DNA from: Thermoproteota archaeon
Lineage (GTDB): Archaea; Thermoproteota; EX4484-205; JAAOZP01
NCBI GenBank assembly: GCA_038861395.1
Contig: JAWCDE010000001.1
Location: 9,144-73,143 of the forward strand
DNA: 64,000 nt
Direction: 5' to 3'
Part shown: positions 1-7,691 of the stretch, in pieces
How positions within the stretch are numbered: the stretch's first letter is position 1
Layout of the letters: each line of letters starts with the position of its first letter
Notes under the pieces: model-generated
The model's input: the letters and a program-made list of their open reading frames with translations, nothing else
Database searches by the model: none
Told to the model about the DNA's origin: nothing
Made by a program: the position numbers and the translations under genes

Positions 1-1184
1 TTCTTTAGATAATCCCAAAAACTGTTTTTAATTAGGACTGATATGTTAAAGTTTTCAAGCCTTCCACGTTCAGATTTAGACATTATGAAAGACTCTATGT
101 CAGGATGGTCTATCTCTAGAATACCCATGTTGGCTCCTCTCCTCTTCCCTCCCTGTTTCACCACGTCTGTGACAGTGTCTATTATCCTCATGAAAGATAC
201 GGGGCCGCTTGCTACGCCAGAAGTGCTGGATACGATGTCTCCCGCCGGTCTTAGTTTTGAATAATTTATTCCAACTCCCCCGCCGGACTTGAAAATAATC
301 GCTGCTTGAGTCGCAGCATTCATTATCGATTCAATATTATCATCTATGTCCAGAACGAAACATGCTGAAAGCTGGCCTAATCTGGTTCCAGCGTTAAAGA
401 GAGTAGGTGAGTTGGGCATGAATTTCTTCGAAACCATGAGGTTGTAATAGGATTCGAAATTTTCATAGTAACTATCAAATTCCCCAGAGCCTAACATCTT
501 AATGAAACTGCTCCAAGAAACCTTCATCTTTCCCTGCGAGTTAAGCTCATCGTAGAGAGCCTTCATACGCTCCAGATGATGCTCATTCCATGTTACAGCA
601 TAGCCTTTACCGTTTTTTCCCAGTCCAAACTTATTCGCGTAAGACTTTGCATCAAATTCTTCCTTAGGAAATATGGGTAGTCCCCCGTCTCTATGGAAAA
701 CTCTTGGATCGTATAGTAGATCTGGTATGACTACGATCATAGCAACTCTCTGAAACATTTGCTTGGGGGTTTCTATGAGCTTCCCATTCTCATCTTTAAG
801 CAGGTAACGGTTAACCATGAGCCTTATTGCATTCACCGAAAATTCTTTCTCAACATCATCGATGAAATCCTTCTGGAGGAGAGCCTTCTTCTCATCCCTT
901 AAGCGCTCTCTCTCCTTTCTGTAGAGGATGTATGCTTTAGCAACCTCGTAAAGATCAAACTTAACAAGGGCTAGTTCAACAACATCCTGTATTTCTTCAA
1001 CATGAGGTGTCTCCCCCTCCTCATACTTCTTGTTTAAGATATCGAGAACATAATTCAAAACACTCTCCAAAACCTTTTCATCATACTGTTTCACGCTCAT
1101 CATTGCCTTTGCAATAGCATTCCTAATCCTCGAAAGATCGAAATCAACAATCCTACCATCTCTCTTTACAACTTTCTTATCCAT
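1..1184 (-). CDS. nrdJ: Ribonucleotide reductase, adenosylcobalamin-dependent class II type; N-terminal part only, gene continues past the window start
   Basis: Reverse-strand translation from the ATG at 1184 gives MDKKVVKRDGRIVDFDLSRIRNAIAKAM... (ATP-cone) followed by typical RNR catalytic-core motifs (LSACFVLD, SGGGVG). The ORF is open to position 1. Confidence 0.6.
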   Translation of the reverse strand, partial: MDKKVVKRDGRIVDFDLSRIRNAIAKAMMSVKQYDEKVLESVLNYVLDILNKKYEEGETPHVEEIQDVVELALVKFDLYEVAKAYILYRKERERLRDEKKALLQKDFIDDVEKEFSVNAIRLMVNRYLLKDENGKLIETPKQMFQRVAMIVVIPDLLYDPRVFHRDGGLPIFPKEEFDAKSYANKFGLGKNGKGYAVTWNEHHLERMKALYDELNSQGKMKVSWSSFIKMLGSGEFDSYYENFESYYNLMVSKKFMPNSPTLFNAGTRLGQLSACFVLDIDDNIESIMNAATQAAIIFKSGGGVGINYSKLRPAGDIVSSTSGVASGPVSFMRIIDTVTDVVKQGGKRRGANMGILEIDHPDIESFIMSKSERGRLENFNISVLIKNSFWDYLK

Positions 1185-1345
1185 GTATTTCCAAATAATA
1201 TGAAAGTATTAAAGGATTAAACGAAAGAGTATAGGTGGATGATAAGGTTCGAGGAATGTTTCTACGGTGCTAATATCGTCTATGAGAATATTATATTGCT
1301 GGAAATGAAGCCATAACTTAATCGATTTTAAAAATACTGTATCGA

Positions 1346-1750
1346 TTAAAGAATTTCTGGTTTGATACGTGTTAGGCCAGGTACCTTATCGTAATCCTGG
1401 TCGAAAGAGATTATTTTCCCATCGATGTTTAACGCTGTTGCAGCGTAATGCGAGTCGAAGAAAGTCAGGTTCAGCGTCTGTCTCAGGTACACGCTTGCAA
1501 GCGTTATGTCGGGGGTTAATGCAACGTATTCCACGTTTGGTAATGCCGCAATAGCAGCCAAATCTTTCAGAAGCCTGTCCTCCATCTTCTCACTTTTATA
1601 GATTAGCTCCATCTCAATGAGACTAATACTTGAGATCTCTAGTCTGATTTCCCCCCTTTTGAGTTTTCTGAAAATTCTCTCAGCAATTTCATGATCGGGA
1701 TCTTGTTCATTTAAATACGCAAAGATTACATCGTTTTCCAGCAAAGGCAT
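1346..1750 (-). CDS. vapC: PIN-domain ribonuclease, VapC-type toxin
   Basis: 134 aa; acidic PIN signature residues (DPDHE..., FFDSHYAATAL); start overlaps the stop of the upstream small AbrB-type gene by 1 nt. Confidence 0.7.
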   Translation of the reverse strand: MPLLENDVIFAYLNEQDPDHEIAERIFRKLKRGEIRLEISSISLIEMELIYKSEKMEDRLLKDLAAIAALPNVEYVALTPDITLASVYLRQTLNLTFFDSHYAATALNIDGKIISFDQDYDKVPGLTRIKPEIL

Positions 1751-1989
1751 TAATCATCTTCTCCCGCTTCCTTTTCAACCAGCTGCTCAGCCTGTCTTCT
1801 TAAATCTTTGAATGATTTTTTGGTGTTGAATGCACCATGAAGAGTTTTAAATGGATCGGAGGGAAGCGGTATTATCTTAAGATGATCCCCTGCATTTATA
1901 ACTAATATTTTTCCACTCATGCCGAGCGACTCCCTGACTTTCTTAGGAATAGTTATCCTTCCCTTACTGTCTATTTCCAATATGCTCAT
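1750..1989 (-). CDS. vapB: AbrB/SpoVT-MazE-type antitoxin (VapB)
   Basis: 79 aa; swapped-hairpin DNA-binding N-terminus (SKGRITIPKKVRESLGMSGKILVINAGDHLKIIPL); immediately upstream of the PIN gene. Confidence 0.65.
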   Translation of the reverse strand: MSILEIDSKGRITIPKKVRESLGMSGKILVINAGDHLKIIPLPSDPFKTLHGAFNTKKSFKDLRRQAEQLVEKEAGEDD

Positions 1990-1991
1990 TA

Positions 1992-2053
1992 TCCCACTTA
2001 AATTATATTAACTTAAAAGTGGGATTTAAATTTTATTATTAGAAAAAGTGGGA
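1992..2053. promoter_or_regulatory. Inverted repeat TCCCACTT-N16-AAGTGGGA plus a third AAGTGGGA half-site and an AT-rich TATA-like core; candidate vapBC promoter/operator
   Basis: Perfect 8-bp arms at 1992-1999 and 2017-2024; third copy at 2046-2053; lies directly 5' of the vapB start (minus strand). Confidence 0.4.
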
Positions 2054-2197
2054 ATGATTTCATAGCTCTTTGCCGTATTTATCATTCGGTACTTAACAGG
2101 TTAAGGTTTTATTAATCCAAGGACAAGGCTAAAAATACAGAGATTAATATTGCAAAGCCCGTTGATTAAAGTTTGATTTTGTTTCAAGCTAATGAAA

Positions 2198-2284
2198 CGT
2201 CGGGGGCGGGATTTGAACCCGCACGGCCCGTAGGGGCCACGAGCTTAGCAGGCTCGCGCCTTAACCAGGTTTGGCTACCCCGAC
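2198..2284 (-). tRNA. tRNA-Ser (anticodon GCT), long variable arm
   Basis: Reverse complement folds as GTCGGGG-TA-GCC...GGC-CGAGC-CTGCTAA-GCTCG-[variable arm GGCCCCTACGGGCC]-GCGGG-TTCAAAT-CCCGC-CCCCGAC; 87 nt. Confidence 0.8.
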
Positions 2285-2307
2285 TTCGCTGAATGAATCC
2301 ATCTGTA

Positions 2308-2320
2308 GCTAAATAAAGAT
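2308..2320 (-). promoter_or_regulatory. TATA-like box (TTTATTTAG on minus strand) about 27-34 nt upstream of the tRNA-Ser 5' end
   Basis: AT-rich octamer at the archaeal-promoter distance from the tRNA 5' end. Confidence 0.35.
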
Positions 2321-2476
2321 TACTTTTCTTATAAATCGATAAGATCAAACCGTTTCTGCATGGTATTAATAAAGAAAACGAATTATTCATCCCAGTTGCC
2401 AAAAATCGCTTGATAATCCACGAGGTTTAAACGTATAAATCGAAATACTGCTTACGTACTATAAGCTTAAATACAT

Positions 2477-2848
2477 TTGAGTAATTTAGTATCGATAAAA
2501 AATGGATCTCACAGCATTATTGATACAGATATTGTTGAGATCATAATAGTTGCTCCAGTACTGTGGATTGCAGGAAGGCTTATCGTGGGCAAGGAGAAGG
2601 CGAAGTTCACAGATGCTATTTGGATCGTTGTCCTCGGGGTTATTCTGGGTGCGGTTGTAGGTGCTTTCCTACACGGCTTGATTGGGGCTCTGGTTAGTTT
2701 CATAGTTTGGCTGGCTTTGATCAAGCATTTCTTCGACTGCGGCTGGCTGAAGGCTTTCATCGTAGCCGTTCTAGCAGCAATAATCTTCATAATCATAGCT
2801 GTAATAATAGGTATAATCCTCGGAGTCGCATTGATAGCATTACTATAA
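2477..2848 (+). CDS. Small polytopic membrane protein, hypothetical; start codon uncertain (TTG at 2477 or in-frame GTG near 2584)
   Basis: Highly hydrophobic with 3-4 predicted TM helices; no recognisable family. Confidence 0.4.
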   Translation: MSNLVSIKNGSHSIIDTDIVEIIIVAPVLWIAGRLIVGKEKAKFTDAIWIVVLGVILGAVVGAFLHGLIGALVSFIVWLALIKHFFDCGWLKAFIVAVLAAIIFIIIAVIIGIILGVALIALL

Positions 2849-2887
2849 TCACTCCGTTTCTTTTTTTAAAAAGGTGCTCAGGTATAT

Positions 2888-3286
2888 TTATTCGAGTAAG
2901 ATTGTAATCTCCAATTCATCGCCGTCTCTGAGGCCAAGTGTTCCACGCAGGTTTACTGGAGCTATTACTTCCAGCATGCCTTCAGGATAATATGGTACCT
3001 GTGGGATTACAATCGCGCCTTCGATTCTACCCGCTATTACTGCTTTGAAGCATTTTCCAGAATAGAATCCTTCTTCAGGCTCTATTTCTATTCCCTTATG
3101 ATTATCTATAATCCCCACTATGGCTTTGTATTCTGGCAATAGTCGGATGTTAAGCGTTCCCGGATACGGCTTGAAGCCAAGCTTTTCTGAGAATTGCCTC
3201 GTGACCCAGGGGATGTTTACGAAAAACCTTCCTTTGCCTTCGCCGCTGAAAATACTGCCTTTTACAATTATCCGATTCTCGGTCAT
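2888..3286 (-). CDS. ribK: CTP-dependent riboflavin kinase (archaeal RibK, MJ0056-type), stand-alone
   Basis: 132 aa; GEGKGRFFVNIPWVTRQFSEKLGFKPYPGTLNIRL motif block shared with the C-terminal domain of the ORF at 5192-5875. Confidence 0.7.
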   Translation of the reverse strand: MTENRIIVKGSIFSGEGKGRFFVNIPWVTRQFSEKLGFKPYPGTLNIRLLPEYKAIVGIIDNHKGIEIEPEEGFYSGKCFKAVIAGRIEGAIVIPQVPYYPEGMLEVIAPVNLRGTLGLRDGDELEITILLE

Positions 3287-3290
3287 CGGA

Positions 3291-4397
3291 TTAAGTGCCT
3301 GTTTTTTCCAGCATGGTTTCGATTAAAGCATAGTATGCTGGTTTAGGCCTGTAGTTCTCATCGAAAATTAGGGCTGCGCCGTATCCTGTGAAGGTATATG
3401 GTATCCAAGAGTGTTTATCCGTAAAGCCCCACATAATGAAGGCTTGCGGGCTATCACTATCCAAATACACTTTAAAGATCTCCCTATATATTTCCGCTTG
3501 TTTAATAAGCTCTTCTTCTGAAACTGGAAGTCTAATGGCGACATCCATTTCAGTTATCTCCACTCTTAGACCAAGTTCTCTAAACCTCCTTATGTTTTCC
3601 GCAATGCTCTGCGGATTGGGGTACCATTCAACTCTCACATGCATCTGAAGCCCTATTCCATGTATTGGAACCTCTTTTTCCCGAAGGTTCTTGACAAAGT
3701 TGTATATCGCGTCAGACTTCCTGTTTAAACCTTCCGCGCCATAATCGTTATAGAAGAGCAGTGCATCGGGATCGGCCTCATGCGCCCATCTGAAGGCGAG
3801 CTCAATATACTCTGGACCGATGTTTCTAAGCCAGACAGTATCTCTTAAAGTACCGTCGTCGTTAAAAGCCTCGTTAACAACATCCCAAGCGTATACCTTC
3901 CCCCGGTAGTGTCCGACAACCGTGAAAATATGTTCTCGAAGAATATTAATCCATTCTTCCCTTGTAAAATTCCCGTTAACCACCCAATCCGGTAATTGAT
4001 TGTGCCAGACAAGAGTGTGCCCCCGAACCTTCATACAATGGTTCTCAGCAAATGAAACTATTGCATCTGCCATCGAGAAATTGTAAACAGTCCTATGAGG
4101 GTGAATCATGTAAAACTTCATCTCATTTTCCGGAGTGATAACATTAAATTCACGGACGAGGATACTCGCGTACTCCTCTTCGCTCAAGGGGAAGTAGCTT
4201 ACGGCTGTTCCAATCATTATGCCACAAGACTCGGCAAGCCCTCTCAAAGTATGGTTTTGAAAAGGAGAGTAATGATCCACCATGTTCTCATTATTTTCCC
4301 TCCTCATCTCAAACACTTGCCAGATTATGAAGGCAGCTAAAATAAGCATTATCATTCCAAAGATTATCAGGATTTTCAATCTGCCTGTTTGCAACAT
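3291..4397 (-). CDS. Glycoside hydrolase family 10 endo-1,4-beta-xylanase with N-terminal membrane anchor or signal
   Basis: 368 aa; N-terminal hydrophobic helix; GH10 hallmark blocks ITPENEMKF, GHTLVWHNQLPDWV, WDVVNEA, ITEMDV (catalytic Glu residues in NEA and TEMD). Confidence 0.7.
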   Translation of the reverse strand: MLQTGRLKILIIFGMIMLILAAFIIWQVFEMRRENNENMVDHYSPFQNHTLRGLAESCGIMIGTAVSYFPLSEEEYASILVREFNVITPENEMKFYMIHPHRTVYNFSMADAIVSFAENHCMKVRGHTLVWHNQLPDWVVNGNFTREEWINILREHIFTVVGHYRGKVYAWDVVNEAFNDDGTLRDTVWLRNIGPEYIELAFRWAHEADPDALLFYNDYGAEGLNRKSDAIYNFVKNLREKEVPIHGIGLQMHVRVEWYPNPQSIAENIRRFRELGLRVEITEMDVAIRLPVSEEELIKQAEIYREIFKVYLDSDSPQAFIMWGFTDKHSWIPYTFTGYGAALIFDENYRPKPAYYALIETMLEKTGT

Positions 4398-4594
4398 GCT
4401 ACGGAAATTCAGCCCTGATATTTTAAGACTTTACTACTTGGGAAGGCCTTGGGAATAGATTATCGTTTTCTCCATCATTATTTTATAATTCTAGCTTAGC
4501 GGTATAACGTCGTGGATGTTGAACTTTTTTCAGAAGAGCTACTCCCCGTTTAACAAATTATTTTGATCTTTTCTGTCGTCGTCATTTTAGAAAG

Positions 4595-4668
4595 CGGGCC
4601 CGGAGGGATTTGAACCCTCGACCGTCAGGTTAAGAGCCTGCTGCTCTGCCATGCTGAGCTACGGGCCC
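4595..4668 (-). tRNA. tRNA-Lys (anticodon CTT)
   Basis: Reverse complement GGGCCCG-TA-GCTC-AGCATGGCA-GAGC-A-GCAGG-CTCTTAA-CCTGA-CGGTC-GAGGG-TTCAAAT-CCCTC-CGGGCCC-G; 74 nt. Confidence 0.8.
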
Positions 4669-4689
4669 TAGGCTTCTTTTTCACCCGGG

Positions 4690-4702
4690 ATTTTAAAAAC
4701 TT
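4690..4702. promoter_or_regulatory. TTTTTAAAA TATA-like element between the divergent tRNA-Lys (minus) and ribL (plus)
   Basis: About 25 nt upstream of the tRNA-Lys 5' end and about 40 nt upstream of the ribL ATG. Confidence 0.35.
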
Positions 4703-4740
4703 TTAACTAATGCTCTTCACGACTCTGGTGAGAATCTGGT

Positions 4741-5184
4741 ATGAGTAGGGGTAGTAGGGTTGTTCTCACCACTGGCGTGTTCGACATTATTCATCCCGGT
4801 CACATAAGGTTCTTGGAGGAGGCTAAGAGGTTGGCTGGTAGGAACGGTAGGCTGATAGTTATCGTTGCCTGCGACAGCGTTGTCAAGGAGAGTAAGGGGA
4901 GGAGTCCAATGTTCAAGGCTAAAGATAGGGCTCTCATGATTTCTAGGCTTAAGCCTGTCGACACTGTGTATGTTGGTAGGCGGGGAAGGCTTGAGAAAAA
5001 CATCTCATGGTTTCTCAGGAAGATTAAGCCTGATATTCTCGTATTCGGCTACGACCAGGAGTCAGTCATGAAGAGTACCCTTAAAGTTATGGATGAGCTT
5101 GGGCTTAAGATTAGAGTCGTAAGAATGAGAAAGTTCTACGATATCAGTAGTAGCAAGATAATAAGGAGGATTAAGAAATCCTAA
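4741..5184 (+). CDS. ribL: Archaeal FAD synthetase (RibL-type cytidylyltransferase-fold nucleotidyltransferase)
   Basis: 147 aa; TTGVFDIIHPGHIRFLEEAK (HxGH nucleotidyltransferase motif); size and composition typical of MJ1179-type RibL. Confidence 0.6.
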   Translation: MSRGSRVVLTTGVFDIIHPGHIRFLEEAKRLAGRNGRLIVIVACDSVVKESKGRSPMFKAKDRALMISRLKPVDTVYVGRRGRLEKNISWFLRKIKPDILVFGYDQESVMKSTLKVMDELGLKIRVVRMRKFYDISSSKIIRRIKKS

Positions 5185-5191
5185 TGGGAGT

Positions 5192-5875
5192 TTATTCTTG
5201 GACTGTTGTTTTAAAAAAGAAAGTTACCTTGTCCCCGTCTTCTAAACCCAGTTCCTTCCTCAGGTTGTAGCGCGAGATTATTTCAACCACAGAGCTGTCG
5301 TATATGGTTCTCAAAGCTTTTATCACCGCCCCGTCGTATTTCTCGTTAACAACGACTGGGTAGCAATACACGTCTCCAAACGTTCTCTCCTGGTCTGAGA
5401 AGCCATGTATAACTATAGGTGGCTTAGACATTTTCTCGGCGAGTAGCAACTGGTCCATGTAGCTCTCGATCTTAAGGTTTAGAGTACCTGGGTAAGGATT
5501 GAAGCCCAGCCTCGTGTAGAACTGGTCTAGATACGGCTTCCTGGAAACGTAGTATGCCCCCTCCCCTAGTCCTGTGAAAACCCTGCCGGTGAAGACATGG
5601 GTCACATAGACCTTGTTTACTATCGACATTATTGACCCCACGTGGAGCTTAATCTGGTCGAGTCCCCTGTCGGAGAGCCTTATCACTCTTCCTTTCGGGG
5701 ACATCACTGTCTCTATGAGCCTCTCCTTTTCAAGCTCCTTCAGGTACCTGGAGGCTGATTGATGCGAAGCATCAATAACCCTGGACAATTCTCTGGTAGA
5801 GATATGGGTCTTGCCTTCTTGTATCAGCTTGGCGATTGCAAGCAGCATGTACATCTTCTTATACTCTTTCAGCAT
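5192..5875 (-). CDS. HTH transcriptional-regulator domain fused to a CTP-dependent riboflavin kinase domain
   Basis: 227 aa; N-terminal wHTH (ISTRELSRVIDASHQSASRYLKELEKERLI), C-terminal TGLGEGAYYVSRKPYLDQFYTRLGFNPYPGTLNL matching the 2888-3286 paralog. Confidence 0.65.
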   Translation of the reverse strand: MLKEYKKMYMLLAIAKLIQEGKTHISTRELSRVIDASHQSASRYLKELEKERLIETVMSPKGRVIRLSDRGLDQIKLHVGSIMSIVNKVYVTHVFTGRVFTGLGEGAYYVSRKPYLDQFYTRLGFNPYPGTLNLKIESYMDQLLLAEKMSKPPIVIHGFSDQERTFGDVYCYPVVVNEKYDGAVIKALRTIYDSSVVEIISRYNLRKELGLEDGDKVTFFFKTTVQE

Positions 5876-6503
5876 CTCCAGTAATTGCCTCCATCATTTT
5901 CACGGAGAACCTGTGCGCTACCTCCAATGGAATAGGTAGGTTGAAACCCTCTGGCGTAATTCTTCTGAGAAGGCTACACGCCCCTTCGAGAGTAATCATG
6001 TTGCCAACACTATAATAGAACCTGTCCTGGAACATCCTTAAATTGTTAACGTTATGCTCCGCCTCAAACCCCCCTAAGGGTTTCTTTGCGATACCTATAG
6101 TCGGTTTCTTAAGAATAACCCCCAAATAGGTTGCAAGTCCGCACTTCCTCGGATGTGCTAGACCATGGCCGTTGACTATGAGAGCATCATACTCGTCGAA
6201 GAATTTCCTAAGCGTTTTAAGAACCACGGGTCCTTCTCTGAATGAGAGGAAGGTTGGGATATAAGGCATTTTAACAAACATCCTGGAAACGCTTAAGAGC
6301 ACTATGTTTTTCTTCGAAAGGTCGAATACTGAAAAACCGACTGTTGCCACTTCCCCTCTGTAGGAAGCGTCTACCCCACCAATCCTCTGAATTTTCTCTA
6401 GCGACTCGTCAGAGATTGAAACCTTTTTTGAAAGGAATTCTTGAGCCCTGCAGAGCCTACGGTAGAGAGACTGGTCTATTTCGCGATTGCAAGTTCCACA
6501 CAT
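5859..6503 (-). CDS. nfi: Endonuclease V (deoxyinosine 3'-endonuclease)
   Basis: 214 aa; GGVDASY, YIPTFLSFREGP and NGHGLAHPRKCGLATYLGV...PTIGIAK blocks. Confidence 0.7.
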   Translation of the reverse strand: MCGTCNREIDQSLYRRLCRAQEFLSKKVSISDESLEKIQRIGGVDASYRGEVATVGFSVFDLSKKNIVLLSVSRMFVKMPYIPTFLSFREGPVVLKTLRKFFDEYDALIVNGHGLAHPRKCGLATYLGVILKKPTIGIAKKPLGGFEAEHNVNNLRMFQDRFYYSVGNMITLEGACSLLRRITPEGFNLPIPLEVAHRFSVKMMEAITGDAERV

Positions 6504-6506
6504 TGT

Positions 6507-7142
6507 TTAAAGCCTTTCTAAACGTTTCTCCATTGAGGATAGGAAAGCTTTTCTTCTAAGCTCCTCGTTAAGGATGGTGAAGGCTGACTCTACAGAAGCC
6601 CTGTTAACATCCATCTTCCTCTTGAACCCGGGTAATGCTGCATCTCCCAGCGCTATCGTCGAAATATTTTCATAGAGCTGGGTCATCGCGCTGTACGTTT
6701 CCTCAGCCTCATCCAACTGCCCCCTTCTAAGTTTCTCCATCATCATTCTCTTTAGCTCTCCTATCAGGTCCGATGCTGCGTACAGTATTGAAGCTGGAGG
6801 AGGCCTTACTCTCAGCCTATATTCTTTTCCGGAAGCGAACCAGTATATGAACACGGCTTCCAGAAGCTCCTGGTATGTCTGCACTATCGGTGGCCAAGTA
6901 TTTTGAACCCCTTTCTTAGAGGCTGTCTTCACAATCTTACCTACTTCACGCTGTATTTCGTCAAGCAGTTTCTTTGCTGCTTTAAAATCCTGAGCATAAG
7001 ATGCTTTAATAGATTGCCTGCACTTCTTCAAGGCCACACTTATATCTTTGAGAAGCCCATACTTCGCATCCTCCTGTTTTCTAAGGAATTCGTAGGAGTC
7101 TTTAACAAGCAGGTTTATCCTGGTTTGGAAATCCTTCGGCAA
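6507..7142 (-). CDS. Translin-family-like all-alpha protein (tentative)
   Basis: 211 aa; predicted all-helical; pattern resembles archaeal translin but cannot be confirmed without a profile search. Confidence 0.3.
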   Translation of the reverse strand: MPKDFQTRINLLVKDSYEFLRKQEDAKYGLLKDISVALKKCRQSIKASYAQDFKAAKKLLDEIQREVGKIVKTASKKGVQNTWPPIVQTYQELLEAVFIYWFASGKEYRLRVRPPPASILYAASDLIGELKRMMMEKLRRGQLDEAEETYSAMTQLYENISTIALGDAALPGFKRKMDVNRASVESAFTILNEELRRKAFLSSMEKRLERL

Positions 7143-7145
7143 GAC

Positions 7146-7346
7146 CTACACTATCCTAACTGTTCTTTGAAGAGGCTTAGTCTGCCACGCATACTTCCTG
7201 ATCTTAGAAGTCCTCCCGAAACCGCATGCAGCACAATACTTCTTCCTCACGTTGAAAGACCTTCTTCCACATCTCCTGCATATCTTGTGAGTCGCCTTCT
7301 TATGGAGCCTTCCAAAGGCTGTTGTGCCCGCTGAAGTCTTACCCAA
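7146..7346 (-). CDS. rpl37e: Ribosomal protein L37e
   Basis: 66 aa; C4 zinc ribbon HKICRRCGRRSFNVRKKYCAACGF. Confidence 0.8.
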   Translation of the reverse strand: MGKTSAGTTAFGRLHKKATHKICRRCGRRSFNVRKKYCAACGFGRTSKIRKYAWQTKPLQRTVRIV

Positions 7347-7353
7347 TTCTCAA

Positions 7354-7602
7354 CTACCTCTTCTCCTCAGACTTGTATTCGATAGGTGGCGATATCAGTA
7401 TTACATTGTCTCCTCTTATCACGATGAGGCCTAGCTTAGTTGTTTCATTGCCCTTCAGCTCCTCTGCGTCGGACAGGACTATGTTGAGATGAGGATCATA
7501 GCCATCCAGTATGCCGCGTATCTTCGTTCCGCCTTTCAGCTTCACTATTATGCTCTTTCCGAGAGATGCTTGAAGCAGCTCCATCGTAGTGTCTGTAGAC
7601 AA
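7354..7602 (-). CDS. Sm-like archaeal protein (LSm/SmAP)
   Basis: 82 aa; Sm1/Sm2 motifs (IRGILDGYDPHLNIVL ... IRGDNVILISP). Confidence 0.75.
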   Translation of the reverse strand: MSTDTTMELLQASLGKSIIVKLKGGTKIRGILDGYDPHLNIVLSDAEELKGNETTKLGLIVIRGDNVILISPPIEYKSEEKR

Positions 7603-7691
7603 TTCTCGAGGATTCTGTAAACCGCCTAAATAAATCTTTTTCTCTGTTCAGATGCGATGAAAGAAGGATGAGGGAGAAAAACAGCTACGTT

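Noticed and set aside
43-264. 73-aa plus-strand ORF at the window start
   Set aside because: Lies entirely inside the antisense strand of the nrdJ coding region. Its composition (Ser/Pro/Leu-rich) is typical of a shadow ORF.
7603-7691. Possible C/D box sRNA in the Sm-protein/aCPSF1 intergenic region
   Set aside because: Contains GATGA and CTGA fragments but no properly spaced RUGAUGA/CUGA box pair with terminal stem.
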